Below the pieces are notes generated by a model. That model ran no database searches. It saw only the letters and a list, made by a program, of their open reading frames with translations, and was not told the origin of the DNA. A program made the translations under genes and the position numbers. A stretch of DNA of 64,000 nucleotides, from positions 640,001-704,000 of the forward strand of contig CAVYGB010000010.1 of NCBI GenBank assembly GCA_963767925.1. The letters run 5' to 3'. Positions 10,597-20,663 of the stretch are shown here, in pieces (positions within the stretch are counted from its first letter, which is position 1; each line of letters opens with the position of its first letter). This DNA is from an uncultured delta proteobacterium. GTDB taxonomy: Bacteria > Myxococcota_A > Polyangia > Fen-1088.

Positions 10597-10676
10597 CCCA
10601 GGCCTCCCCCCGGCGGCGCGGCCGGCGGTGTCGGAGGGCACGGGTTGGCTGATAGAGTCGGGGGGAGTTGCAGCCG

Positions 10677-11654
10677 ATGAGCGAGGTCCTGAGCGCGTTC
10701 GAGCCGGTTCCGGTCGAGAGGGGGGAGGCTCCTGTGGTTGCGCTGCGCGGGCTGGTGAAGACCTACCGCCAGCTCGAGGCGCTGCGCGGGCTGGATCTGA
10801 CTGTCGCGCCCGGACAGATCTATGGCTTTCTCGGGCGCAATGGGGCGGGCAAGTCGACGGCTTTGCGGATCATCATGGGGATCACGCGAGCCACGGCGGG
10901 GGTGGTCGAGCTGTTCGGTCGCCCGCTTGTGGGCGAAGATCCCCGGGTGCGGCGGCGCATCGGCTACGTGGCGCAGGAGCAGGCGTTTTATGCCTGGATG
11001 ACGCCGCTCGGGCTGGGGCGTTTCGTGGCCGGGTTCTATCCGACCTGGAGCGACGCGGAGTTTGGCCGCCTCCTCTCGTTGCTGGAGGTGCCGCCGGAGC
11101 GGAAGATCGGGACGTTCTCCGGCGGGATGAACGCCAAGCTGGCGCTGGCGCTCGCCCTGGCACACGGGCCCGACCTGCTCGTGCTCGACGAGCCGACGGC
11201 CGGGATGGATCCCCTGGCGCGGCGGGAGTTCCTCCAGCTCGTGCGGGCCCAGGCCCGCCGCCAGGGGCGTACGACCCTGTTTTCCTCCCACCTGATCGAC
11301 GAGGTCGAGCTGGCGGCCGACACCATCGGCATCATCGACGGTGGCCGCATGTTGTGGCAGGGCCCGGCCGAGTCGCTGCAGCGGCAATTCCTCCGGTTGC
11401 GCCAGCACTCCACCGGCGCTGATCCTACGTCACCGCCGCCGTCGCCGCCGTCTTTGCTCCTCCGGCCGCCCTCCGAGAGCGGGCTGGTCCTGGTCGACGA
11501 CCGCCTCGACGGCGACACCCGCACGGTCCTCGTGCGCGCCGAGGATCCGGCCGCGCTGCAGGCCCTGGCAGCGGAGGCGGCGGGCTGGGAGATGGGACAA
11601 CCCTCCCTCGAAGACGTGTTCGTCGCGCTGGTCCGGCGCCCGATCCCCGCTTGA
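10677..11654 (+). CDS. ABC exporter ATP-binding protein (DrrA-like)
   Basis: GRNGAGKS, FSGGM, LVLDEPT, SSH. Confidence 0.93.
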   Translation: MSEVLSAFEPVPVERGEAPVVALRGLVKTYRQLEALRGLDLTVAPGQIYGFLGRNGAGKSTALRIIMGITRATAGVVELFGRPLVGEDPRVRRRIGYVAQEQAFYAWMTPLGLGRFVAGFYPTWSDAEFGRLLSLLEVPPERKIGTFSGGMNAKLALALALAHGPDLLVLDEPTAGMDPLARREFLQLVRAQARRQGRTTLFSSHLIDEVELAADTIGIIDGGRMLWQGPAESLQRQFLRLRQHSTGADPTSPPPSPPSLLLRPPSESGLVLVDDRLDGDTRTVLVRAEDPAALQALAAEAAGWEMGQPSLEDVFVALVRRPIPA

Positions 11655-13582
11655 GCGCGATGGCCGCGATCCGCGCCCTGCTGATGAAGGAGCTCCGCCA
11701 GCACGGCGGGGCGGCCGCGCTCTCGACCCTCCTGCTGGTCCTGGCCTGGCTGGTGGCGCGGGCCTCGTTCGCCCAGGAGGCCCGTACCCTGAGCGCGCTC
11801 CAGCTCGTCTCCAGCTTCGCCTCCTTGCCGCTGGTGGCCGCCGCGCTCTGGCTGGGGCACCGGCTGGTGGTCAGCGAATATTACGCGCGCACCCAGCGCT
11901 TCGTGGAGGCGCTGCCCATCCGCCGCGGGCTGATGGCGCTCGGCAAGGCGGCCTTCGGGCTGGCGCTGCTCGAGGCCTGGGCCCTGCTCTCGCTGGCGGC
12001 GGGGGTCGGGATGGCCGCGCGCAGCGAGCCGATCGGCGGACGCTTCCTGGCGATCATGGCGGCCCGGCTCGCCCTCTTCGTCTTCGCGCTGTGGGGGGTG
12101 GTCTTCCTGCTCGGCTTCTTCGGCCGGCTGCGGGTGGTCCTGGCGGGCGCCCTCGCGGTCGTCGTGTTGATCCTGGATCGCTCCACCACCTGGGCGCTCG
12201 AGGACTTCGGTCCCCTCGCCCTGATCGACGGCCAGACCTTCGGGTTCGAGCGGCAGCACTTCCCCGGGCGGGCGCTGCTGGAGGCGGCGGCCCTGGGCGC
12301 GCTCGGCCTGGCGGGCGGCTGGGGGCTGGCCCGCGTGCGCGAGGGCTCGGTTGTCGAGGCGCTGGCCCGCCCGCTCGCCGCCCGGGAGCTGACCGCCCTG
12401 CTCGTGGTGGGGTTGACCGCGGTCTCCGCGTTCTTCAGCTTCGCTCGCGAGCGCCCGCCCCGGCCCTACGCGATCACGACCGACAAGGTCGTGCGCCGCC
12501 TCGACGTCCCGCTGGTGGTGGCCTACTTCGAGGACGATCTGCAACCCTCCGCCGCGCGGCTCGGCGAGGCCCTCGGCCCTGCCCTGAGCGCCTTCCGGTC
12601 CGGGCTCGGCTGGTCCGAGCCGATGCCCCCGGTGCGGGTGGTCCACGCGCCCGACGCCGATCCGGCCGACCCCCGGACCGAGCTCCTGCACGCCGAACAG
12701 GGCCTGGTGCTCGGCGTGAACCTGCGCGGCGGCGGCGAGCGGCCCACCGAGGTGGCGGCCTACGTGTTGCACCAGCTCATCTGGGCCCGCTCCCGCGGCC
12801 GTGCCGGCCGCGAGCACCGGCACTGGCTGCTCGACGGCTTCGCCTACCACTTCGCCCTCCATGGCGCCGCCCCCGCCGCCCCTCCCCTGTCCGGACCACC
12901 CGACCCCTCGCTCCTGCGCGCGCTGGCGGCCCACCGGATCGTCCCGGTCAGCGGCGCGGCCCTCGCCGCCTACCACGAGACCGCCGAGCGCCTGGGCGAT
13001 CCCGCGGCCAACGCCCTCGCGGCCAGCGGCTGGCGGATCCTCGAGGCGCGCGTCGGACGCCAGCGCGTCCTCGCCCTGGCGCGCGCCGCCTTCGACCGGC
13101 GGGGCACCGGCGACGTACGCGACTACCTCCACGAACGCCGGCACCCCCCGGCCGCGATCTTCGCCGCGGCCACCGGTGTTCCCTGGGACAACTTCCTCGT
13201 CGACTGGACCCGGACGCTCGCCGAGCTGGCCCGCCACCCCGCCGCCGTCGCGGCCCTCGCCGAGCAACCCAGCGGGCGCTTCGAGGTGCGCGCAGACGGC
13301 CTCTCGGGCCGGGTGTGGGTGGCCGGCGCGCTCGAGCGGGCGCCCGCGGCGGGGACCTTCTGCTCGCTCCTGCACCAGCGCCTGCCGGCCTTCGAGGCGG
13401 AGATCCCGACCGATTACCTCGAGCGCACCCGCTTTCTCTGGACCGACGGCGCGGGGCCCTTCTCGCGGGACCTCGAGGCGCCGTACGGCAGCGGCGAGCG
13501 GGTCTACGTCGCGCTCGACTGCGAGCCGCCCGCCCTCGGCCTGCCGCTGCGCCTGCTGTCGCGGCGGGTGGCGGTGCCATGA
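11651..13582 (+). CDS. ABC-2-type permease fused to a degenerate gluzincin-like extracellular domain
   Basis: N-terminal LLMKELRQ and several TM helices; soluble C-terminal domain has HQLIW...WLLDGFAYH where the partner has HExxH...EGLAEY. Confidence 0.65.
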   Translation: MSAMAAIRALLMKELRQHGGAAALSTLLLVLAWLVARASFAQEARTLSALQLVSSFASLPLVAAALWLGHRLVVSEYYARTQRFVEALPIRRGLMALGKAAFGLALLEAWALLSLAAGVGMAARSEPIGGRFLAIMAARLALFVFALWGVVFLLGFFGRLRVVLAGALAVVVLILDRSTTWALEDFGPLALIDGQTFGFERQHFPGRALLEAAALGALGLAGGWGLARVREGSVVEALARPLAARELTALLVVGLTAVSAFFSFARERPPRPYAITTDKVVRRLDVPLVVAYFEDDLQPSAARLGEALGPALSAFRSGLGWSEPMPPVRVVHAPDADPADPRTELLHAEQGLVLGVNLRGGGERPTEVAAYVLHQLIWARSRGRAGREHRHWLLDGFAYHFALHGAAPAAPPLSGPPDPSLLRALAAHRIVPVSGAALAAYHETAERLGDPAANALAASGWRILEARVGRQRVLALARAAFDRRGTGDVRDYLHERRHPPAAIFAAATGVPWDNFLVDWTRTLAELARHPAAVAALAEQPSGRFEVRADGLSGRVWVAGALERAPAAGTFCSLLHQRLPAFEAEIPTDYLERTRFLWTDGAGPFSRDLEAPYGSGERVYVALDCEPPALGLPLRLLSRRVAVP

Positions 13583-15468
13583 TCGGGGCCCTCGTCCGCA
13601 AGGAGCTGCGGCAGCTCCTGCCGATGGTGGTGGGCCTGGCGGCCCTGGTCCTGTGGGGCATCGTCCAGATCTTCCTTGTCGAGGCGCCGGACACCGCCCT
13701 CTGGTCGAACACCTCCATCTTCGCGAGCGGGCAGCAGGGCGCCATCCAGGCCTGGCTGATGTTGCTGCTGGGCCTGCTCACCGCCTACGCCCTCCTGCCC
13801 GGAGAGCACGAGCAGGGGACGATCGAGTTCCTCTACACCCTGCCCGTCCGGCGCCGCCTGCTCTTCCTGGTGAAATACCTGGTCGGCGCCTCCCTCCTGG
13901 CCTCGGTGAACCTGCTGACCAGCCCGCTCTGGTGGCTCGCGCTCGGCTTCAACCCCGGCTCCTTCGCCCGCCGCCAGATCCGACCCGAGCTGCTCGCGCT
14001 CGAGCTCGGGCTGTTCGTCGCCCTCTCCTTCATCGCAGTCGCCTACGGCCTGCTGCTGGCCTACTTCCGCCGGTTGGGCTGGCTGCTGTTCGCCCTGATC
14101 TGGCTGGCCCTGTCGCTGCTGGCCCAGGTGCACCCGCCCCTGCGGGTCCTCAACGTGGACGCGCTCTTCACCTTCGAGCACAAGGGCGGCGACCCGCTGG
14201 TGCCCTGGAACGCCTGGCTCCTGCACGCCGTCCTCTCGGCCATCGCCCTGGGGTACGCCGGCCGGCTCTGGCTCGGCGGCCAGGATCACCTGCCCTCGCT
14301 GCTCGAGCGCTGGCGGGCCCACCCCGACCTGCGCAGGTTCGTCATCGGCTGCGGGCTGGTCGGCGCGGCGCTGGCGGCAGGCGCCGCCGCGGTGACAACC
14401 CTCGGCGGCGGCCGGGCCGACCCGCAGGGACCCAGCGGGCCGCGCCGGACGGTCACGCTCGACACGCAGCACTTCCGCTTCAGCTACTTTCCCGACCACG
14501 AGCGCGAGGCCCAGCTCGTCGCGGGCGAGGCCGATCGCGCCTACCAGCGCCTGCAGACCTGGTTGCCGACGCCGGGCGCCGGCACCATCGTCGCCGATCT
14601 CACCGAGGCGAGCCGCGAGCACGCGGGGATCGCCGGCTGGGAGAAGCTGCGGCTCGACGTGCGCGGGGACAAACCCACGCCCCTGCTGCACCACCTGCTC
14701 TACCACGAGACCACCCACGTGCTGGCCACCAACCTCCTCCGCGCCGCCTCCAACCAGCGCCAGGCCGGCCTGCGCTTCTTCATGGAAGGCCTGGCCGAAT
14801 ATCTCGCCTTCGAGCTGGTGCCCGGCCGCGACGAGGAGCGCGCCACCGCCCGCCAGATCGCCGCCCTCGCCCGCCAGCAGTTCCGCCTGCGCTGGGAGGA
14901 CCTCCAGGATCCGGAGGGGTTCCTCACCCGCCACGACGAATATCTGCTCTACCCCCTCGGCGAGGTCTGGGTCGCGGCCCTGGTCGAGGCCTGCGGGCGC
15001 GAAATGCCCGCCCGGGTGCTCCGGGCCCTCGGTGATCCGGAGGGCCCCCAGACGCTGTCCGGATCGCGCCTCTGGCAACACGCCCTGCAGGGCCTCCGCT
15101 GCGACCTGAGCCACGTCGCCGCCCGCCACGACAGGATCTTCGCCCGCCTCCTCCCCGAGGCCGAGCGCCTCCCGCGCGCCTCCGCCGCCTTCCTGCGCGA
15201 GGAGGGCGACACCCTGCTGTTCCAGCTCCGGGTCAGCGCCCCCACCCCCGGCCCCTGGACCGTGCACCTCCGCGTCCGCGACAACCCGGACAGCGCCCGG
15301 GCCCACACAACCCTGGCCCGCTTTCCACTCGCCACCGGCGACACCCGCCAGGTCGCCGTCTCCCGCCCCGCCCTCACCGGTCGCCGCTTCGAATACCAGA
15401 CGGGCGCGTCCTCCACCGAGGCCGCGCCCGCCTTCTTCACCCGCTGGCTCAGCACCACCTTGCGATAG
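13579..15468 (+). CDS. ABC-2-type permease fused to a gluzincin-like metallopeptidase domain
   Basis: ATGA overlap; LVRKELRQ, EHEQGTIEFLYTLPV (ABC-2 motif), several TM helices, LYHETTHV and FFMEGLAEY. Confidence 0.8.
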   Translation: MIGALVRKELRQLLPMVVGLAALVLWGIVQIFLVEAPDTALWSNTSIFASGQQGAIQAWLMLLLGLLTAYALLPGEHEQGTIEFLYTLPVRRRLLFLVKYLVGASLLASVNLLTSPLWWLALGFNPGSFARRQIRPELLALELGLFVALSFIAVAYGLLLAYFRRLGWLLFALIWLALSLLAQVHPPLRVLNVDALFTFEHKGGDPLVPWNAWLLHAVLSAIALGYAGRLWLGGQDHLPSLLERWRAHPDLRRFVIGCGLVGAALAAGAAAVTTLGGGRADPQGPSGPRRTVTLDTQHFRFSYFPDHEREAQLVAGEADRAYQRLQTWLPTPGAGTIVADLTEASREHAGIAGWEKLRLDVRGDKPTPLLHHLLYHETTHVLATNLLRAASNQRQAGLRFFMEGLAEYLAFELVPGRDEERATARQIAALARQQFRLRWEDLQDPEGFLTRHDEYLLYPLGEVWVAALVEACGREMPARVLRALGDPEGPQTLSGSRLWQHALQGLRCDLSHVAARHDRIFARLLPEAERLPRASAAFLREEGDTLLFQLRVSAPTPGPWTVHLRVRDNPDSARAHTTLARFPLATGDTRQVAVSRPALTGRRFEYQTGASSTEAAPAFFTRWLSTTLR

Positions 15469-15538
15469 CCCGGCCCGAGCGCAGCGAGGGAACCCGGCTA
15501 TCTTCTGCGACTGTATGGGGGCTGCATGCCCTTCCCGC

Positions 15539-17107
15539 TCAGTTCCCCAGGAGGACCAGGCGGAAGCCGGTGGGACCCCGCACGCGCAGCAGGTGACCGC
15601 CCGGTCGCTTCTCCTTGAGCAGCGTGGCCGCCTGCTCGGGGCTGGCCACCGCCTGGCGGTCAATCTCGACGACAACGTCGCCCGGCTGCAGGCCGGCCTG
15701 CTCGGCGGGGCTCCCCGAGCGGACCTCGCGCACGACCGCGCCGCGGGTGCCGGCCGGCAGGCCGAGCGATTCGGCGAGCGCGGGGGTCAGGCTCTGCAGG
15801 GACATGCCGAGCGGTCTTGCCTCGCCGGCCCGCTCGCTCTGATCGGACGGCGCCTCGGCCAGCGTCGCCCGCAGCGTCCGGGTGGCGCCCTCCCGCCAGA
15901 CCTGGACATTCACGGTCGCGCCGATGCCCCGGGTCGAGACGTGATCGACGACGTCGCTGGCCGCCTGCACGTCGCGATCGTCGACGCGGGTGACGACGTC
16001 CCCCACCTGGAACCCCACCTGCGCCGCCGGGCTGCCCGGCGTCACCTCGCCGACCATGGCACCTTTGCCGGGCGCCCCCGGCCCCAGCTTGGCCCGCACC
16101 TGGGGGTCGAGCTCGGAGATGTCCCCCAGCTTCACGCCCAGGTAGGCGTATTTCATGCGACCGTCCTTGATCAGCGCCTGCGCGACCCGGTGGGCCTCGT
16201 TGATCGGCACCGCGAAGCCGTAGGCCCCGCCGGCGCCGACCCGGATCAGGGTGTTCATCCCCACCACCTCTCCGTCGAGGTTGACCAGGGGGCCGCCCGA
16301 GTTGCCCGGGTTGATCTTGGCGTCGGTCTGGATGTATTCGCGGACCCGATCGCCCGACATCTGCATGTTGCGGCCGACCCGACCCTTGCCGCTGACGATC
16401 CCGACCGTGATGGTCTGCTCGAGCCCGAGGGGGCTGCCGACCGCCAGCACCCATTCGCCCACCTCGAGCTTGCCGGAGTCGCCGAGCCGGGCCGCCGTGA
16501 GGTTGGCCGGGACCTTGTCCAGCCGGACCACCGCCACGTCGGTGCGGCTGTCACGCCCCACGACGGTGGCGGGGACCTCCTGGCCGTCCGAGAGCGTGAC
16601 CTTGAGCTTGGCGCCTTGCTCGACGACGTGGCTGTTGGTGAGGATGTGCCCCGCGCGGTCGAGGAGGAAGCCCGATCCGGTCCCGGAGATCGGCGCGGGC
16701 ATCGGCATCTCTGGGAAGTCGGGAGCCTCACCGGGGGCCTGCCCGGGATCGCCGAAGAAGCGGCGGAAGGCCGGCGGGACCTGATCGAACGGGATCCCGG
16801 GGCGCCCGCCGCGGGGTCCCTGGGCCAGCCGGGGCGCCTCGCGCTCGACGTCGATGCGCACGACGCTCGGCCGCACCGCCTTCGCCGTCCCGGAGAAGGC
16901 GGCCGACAGGCTCTTGGCGACGTCGGGCGCCTGGGTCTTCGGCGTCACTCCCGCCGCGGGCTGCGCCGGCGCCGGCGCGGCGACCTGGGCGTGCGCCTGG
17001 GCGGCGCCCTGCGGGCTGCAGCCGGCCAGAGCCAACGTCGCGGCCAGCGAGCCGACGATCAGCCGCGGCGAACCGTGGTGAATGGGTATCGTTCCGTTGC
17101 CGAGCAT
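15539..17107 (-). CDS. HtrA/DegP (Do) family serine protease with two PDZ domains
   Basis: GSGF, ILTNSHVV, IQTDAKINPGNSGGPL, two GSPA PDZ motifs; AGGAGG upstream. Confidence 0.95.
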   Translation of the reverse strand: MLGNGTIPIHHGSPRLIVGSLAATLALAGCSPQGAAQAHAQVAAPAPAQPAAGVTPKTQAPDVAKSLSAAFSGTAKAVRPSVVRIDVEREAPRLAQGPRGGRPGIPFDQVPPAFRRFFGDPGQAPGEAPDFPEMPMPAPISGTGSGFLLDRAGHILTNSHVVEQGAKLKVTLSDGQEVPATVVGRDSRTDVAVVRLDKVPANLTAARLGDSGKLEVGEWVLAVGSPLGLEQTITVGIVSGKGRVGRNMQMSGDRVREYIQTDAKINPGNSGGPLVNLDGEVVGMNTLIRVGAGGAYGFAVPINEAHRVAQALIKDGRMKYAYLGVKLGDISELDPQVRAKLGPGAPGKGAMVGEVTPGSPAAQVGFQVGDVVTRVDDRDVQAASDVVDHVSTRGIGATVNVQVWREGATRTLRATLAEAPSDQSERAGEARPLGMSLQSLTPALAESLGLPAGTRGAVVREVRSGSPAEQAGLQPGDVVVEIDRQAVASPEQAATLLKEKRPGGHLLRVRGPTGFRLVLLGN

Positions 17108-17336
17108 CTCCTGACCTCCTCGTTGTGCCGTCATTCGTCAGGAGAACCCGGCGAGACCGTCCCGGTATTCCGCGCCACCGCCCGGAAGCACGGCAGGGAA
17201 TGAAATCGATCAGCCGCCGGTTTTACAGGAGGTCGGGACGGCCCGCTGCGGGCGGGCGATCCGGGCCAGCGCCCGTGGGCGCCACCCCGACCTCCGCCCG
17301 GAAGACCCGGGCCAGGTGCGGCAGGGGTCCGGGGGC

Positions 17337-20075
17337 TCAGCGGCAGTAGGGGTCGCTGGCCACCACGTTGGAGGCGGCGCTGAAATTCTGGGAGTTGGTG
17401 GAGTAGTTGAAGGTCCGGGAGGCGCCGCCGGCCAGCGGCGTGGTGTTGGTCCAGGTGAACACGCAGCGGTTCGACACGGTCCGGGCGGAGGCGCCGGTGC
17501 CGGTCAGCGGCGACAGCTTGGCCCCGAAGGGGACGGCGTCGTTGGTGCAGTTGACCCCGGCGGGCACGTCGAACTCGACCTTGTAGTTCGAGGAGGCCGA
17601 GCTGCCCATGTTCTTGATGGTCATGGTGCCCCACCAGGCGGCCCGGTCGTACACGTTCTTCGTCACCACGAAGGAGCAGCTCCCCGAGGCGCCGCACACG
17701 TTGGCCTTGCCCCCGCCGCCGCAGGTGTTCGGGGCGGCGCAGCCGCCGCAGCTCCCCACCGAGCGGGCCCGGCCGCAGTTGTCGACGCCGCTGACCGCGC
17801 CGCAGTTCTTGGCCATGCGGCCACAGAAGGCGGCGTCCGACTCGGGCGTGCAGGTCCCGCTCGCCAGGCGGGTGACCGTGATGCGGTCCAGGTCGGGCGC
17901 GGAGGCCGAGTTGTGGAAGAGCTTGATGGTGTTGGTGCCGGCGTTGAGGCTGACGGTGGTGGTGGTGGACACCGTGGCGTACCAGTCGGCCCCCGTGAGG
18001 TTGACCGTCTTGGCCGAGCCGTTGTTGACGCTGATGCTCAGCGGCCGGGTCCCCTGGACCACGCCGCTGATCGTGAGCTCGTGGGTCCCGGAGGCGGACG
18101 CCTTGACGTCGTTGAAGCGGACGTAGTGGGCCGAGCTCTTGCCGACGTAGCGGACCTTGGCCCCGCCCGAGCAGGTGCCCGCCGCGGTGGAGGCGACGCC
18201 GGGAGTGCCGAGCAGCTTGATGTAGCCCTCGCAGACCGTGCTGAAGGCGTCGCCAGCGATGGTGTTGCCCGCCGCCTCGGCCTCGTACACGACGCTGTTG
18301 GGGTTCCCGCAGACGTTGACCTGGCCAGCACCCCCGCAGGTCAGCGGGGCCGCGCAGGTGCCGCAGTCGTCGATCGTACGGACGCTGCCGCAGTTGTCGG
18401 TGGCGGTCACGCTGCCGCAGGTCCGACCAAGGCGGGTACAGAAGGCCGGGTCGCTCTCGGGGGCGCAGCTCCCCGGCAAGTCGTAGGCCCGCTGCCACAG
18501 GTGGACGTAGGTCTCGCTGAGCACCTTCTTCATGGCCCCGCACTTGTTGTCGCTGCCGATGAAGGCCCGCTTGTAGGTGCCCCCTGGCTCGCCGAGCTGC
18601 ATGTATTCGTTCATGGGGGCGGTGGTGCCGCCCAGGTCGGACCAGGCCATGGAGCCGACGGCGCAGGAGCCCTTGGTCCAGGTCAGGCCGGCGTCGCACT
18701 TGCCGGCGGGGACCGGCTCGTTGTACCAGGTGTTCAGGAACAGAGCGCCACCGCAGCGGCGGGGCACCGGCTTGGGGGAGACGCCCGCCTTCCAGGCCTG
18801 GTAGGCCATGTTCAGGTCGGCCACGCTGTCGAACATGCCCTCGGGCATGACCGTGGTGCGCGAGGCGGCGTCATCCAGCACGATGTCGATGGTGCCGTCG
18901 CCGTTGTCCACCGCGACGTAGAGCGCTTCAGCGTAGGGCGGGATGTTGTTCGGCTCGACGTTGCCGAGCACGATGGGGTTGCCGTTCTTGTCCTGCACCC
19001 AGGTGGCGAAGTCGACCTGCACCGACTGGTTGTTGGTGGTGGCGCTGGCGAAGGCGAGCTCGCCAGCGATGAAGGCGGTCTCCCTGAGGGTGCCGGCCCG
19101 GAAGAGGGCGGCGGCGTTCATCATGCCGGTGTAGCTGGCGACCGCGGTGCTGAGGCTCGGATCGCGGGAGGCGCTGGCCTCGATGCCGCTGATCTCCATG
19201 GTCTGGGTGGGGGGAGCGTTCCAGCGGAAGACGGCCTTGATGAAACCGGCCACGCCGGCCCAGGTGCCACCGGAAGGGGCGGCGATGATGAACACGCAGT
19301 AGGTCTTGTCACCCCAGACGACCGCCTCCCAGGCCTGCAGGCTGACCGGGCCGTTGCGGCTGGAGGAGAAGCCCCAGGGCAACTTGCCGAGGGCGACCGA
19401 GATCTTCGTGTTGGCGGTCTGCTGCCCGAGCAGCTTGGGGAAGGCGGTCGAGCCGATGCCCATCACGATGCACTGGGCGCTCCTGGTGGACCACTTGTCC
19501 TCGCCGCTATAGAGCATGCCGGTGGGGGCGCCGGTGTTGTGGATGCTGTAGCCGGAGACGGTGCCGGCCAGGCTGGTGGCGCTGAGGTTGGTCCCGCTGA
19601 GCTTGTTGCCGCTGACGTTGGCCCCGGCGGTGTTGGAGCCGCCCAGGTTCGACCCGCCAAGGTTCGACCCACCCAGGTTCGACCCGCCAAGGTTCGACCC
19701 GCCAAGGTTCGACCCGCCAAGGTTCGACCCACCAAGGTTGTTGCCGCCGAGGTTGTTGCCCCCCAGGTTGGTCCCCCCCAGGTTGGCGCCACCGAGGTTC
19801 GCGCCACCGAGGTTCACGCCACCGAGGTTCGCCCCACCCAGGTTCGCCCCACCCAGGTTCGCCCCACCCAGGTTCGCCCCACCCAGGTTCGCGCCGCCCA
19901 GGTTCTCCCCGACCAGGGCAAAGTCGTGCTGCTCGACATCCTTCTGGTCGACCGGCGGCGGGTCGCCCTCCGGGGGCGGTCCCCAGGTGGGATCGGTGGA
20001 AAGACAGGCGGCGAGCGCCAGGGACAGCGGCAGGAGCCACATCGGGCTGCGCTGGAAGGCAGGTTTGAATGCCAC
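17337..20075 (-). CDS. Secreted lipoprotein: pentapeptide repeats, unassigned core domain, Cys-rich linkers, CBM35/CBM6-like and CBM2-like modules
   Basis: LSLALAAC signal, 18x xNLGG plus 5 degenerate repeats, YEAE...GTNTIKL...APDLDRI module, C-terminal C...WWGTMTIKN...FNY...C module. Alternative start ATG 20042. Confidence 0.85.
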   Translation of the reverse strand: MAFKPAFQRSPMWLLPLSLALAACLSTDPTWGPPPEGDPPPVDQKDVEQHDFALVGENLGGANLGGANLGGANLGGANLGGANLGGVNLGGANLGGANLGGTNLGGNNLGGNNLGGSNLGGSNLGGSNLGGSNLGGSNLGGSNLGGSNTAGANVSGNKLSGTNLSATSLAGTVSGYSIHNTGAPTGMLYSGEDKWSTRSAQCIVMGIGSTAFPKLLGQQTANTKISVALGKLPWGFSSSRNGPVSLQAWEAVVWGDKTYCVFIIAAPSGGTWAGVAGFIKAVFRWNAPPTQTMEISGIEASASRDPSLSTAVASYTGMMNAAALFRAGTLRETAFIAGELAFASATTNNQSVQVDFATWVQDKNGNPIVLGNVEPNNIPPYAEALYVAVDNGDGTIDIVLDDAASRTTVMPEGMFDSVADLNMAYQAWKAGVSPKPVPRRCGGALFLNTWYNEPVPAGKCDAGLTWTKGSCAVGSMAWSDLGGTTAPMNEYMQLGEPGGTYKRAFIGSDNKCGAMKKVLSETYVHLWQRAYDLPGSCAPESDPAFCTRLGRTCGSVTATDNCGSVRTIDDCGTCAAPLTCGGAGQVNVCGNPNSVVYEAEAAGNTIAGDAFSTVCEGYIKLLGTPGVASTAAGTCSGGAKVRYVGKSSAHYVRFNDVKASASGTHELTISGVVQGTRPLSISVNNGSAKTVNLTGADWYATVSTTTTVSLNAGTNTIKLFHNSASAPDLDRITVTRLASGTCTPESDAAFCGRMAKNCGAVSGVDNCGRARSVGSCGGCAAPNTCGGGGKANVCGASGSCSFVVTKNVYDRAAWWGTMTIKNMGSSASSNYKVEFDVPAGVNCTNDAVPFGAKLSPLTGTGASARTVSNRCVFTWTNTTPLAGGASRTFNYSTNSQNFSAASNVVASDPYCR
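19563..19907 (-). repeat. 15-bp tandem repeat encoding 23 pentapeptides (xNLGG)
   Basis: 18 near-perfect units at 19638-19907 and 5 degenerate units. Confidence 0.97.
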
Positions 20076-20321
20076 GCCTCCCAGCGCTGCATGTCTCGTG
20101 CTAGAAAAAGTAAGTTAGATTACTTCATTAGAATCTAAGATTTCTTCGGGGTTCTCCTGCGAGCGCCTCGGGCGGGAGCGGCGGCCGTTGCGGCGGCCAC
20201 AACAGACGCCGTTGGGCCGGGCGCAACCGGACCCCTGTGGGCACAGCGGGCTCGTCGTCCACCCCCACCTCCGGGCGCGATGTCTGCGGAGGTGGGAGCG
20301 CCGCGCCGGGTGCGCGCTCGG

Positions 20322-20504
20322 CTATACGGCTTCCACGCCCTCGGGCGGCTGGGACTCGGCGACGGTCTGGGCGAACCAGATCGAATAGCCGTAGGGGTCC
20401 TTCACCCGGAAGGATCGGTCGCCCCACCAGTGGGTGGTCAGCGGATCGACGACCGGCACGCCGCGGCCGGCGACCTCGGCGTGGTAGGCGTCGACGTCCC
20501 GGAT
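20322..20504 (-). pseudogene. C-terminal half of a VOC/glyoxalase family gene
   Basis: IRDVDAYHAEV..RGV.VVDPLTTHWWGDRSFRVKDPYGYSIWFAQ; the N-terminal half is absent. Confidence 0.75.
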
Positions 20505-20663
20505 TCGGTTTGGTGAGGCGACCCATCTTGTGACAGGGCCGAAAATCAAGAATAGGCAGGTCACCTGAGATTGACGACAATCCTGTTTCGTTCCTGTCTC
20601 ACTATTGACGACGGGCCCTCCGGAGGGTCCCGTACCTTCCGCGGAGGCCCGCGCCGAGCAACG

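Noticed and set aside
19563..19907. 15-bp repeat arrays (also 27254-27613) as CRISPR or non-coding repeats
   Set aside because: No unique spacers, in-frame pentapeptide coding with synonymous variation, and no cas genes.
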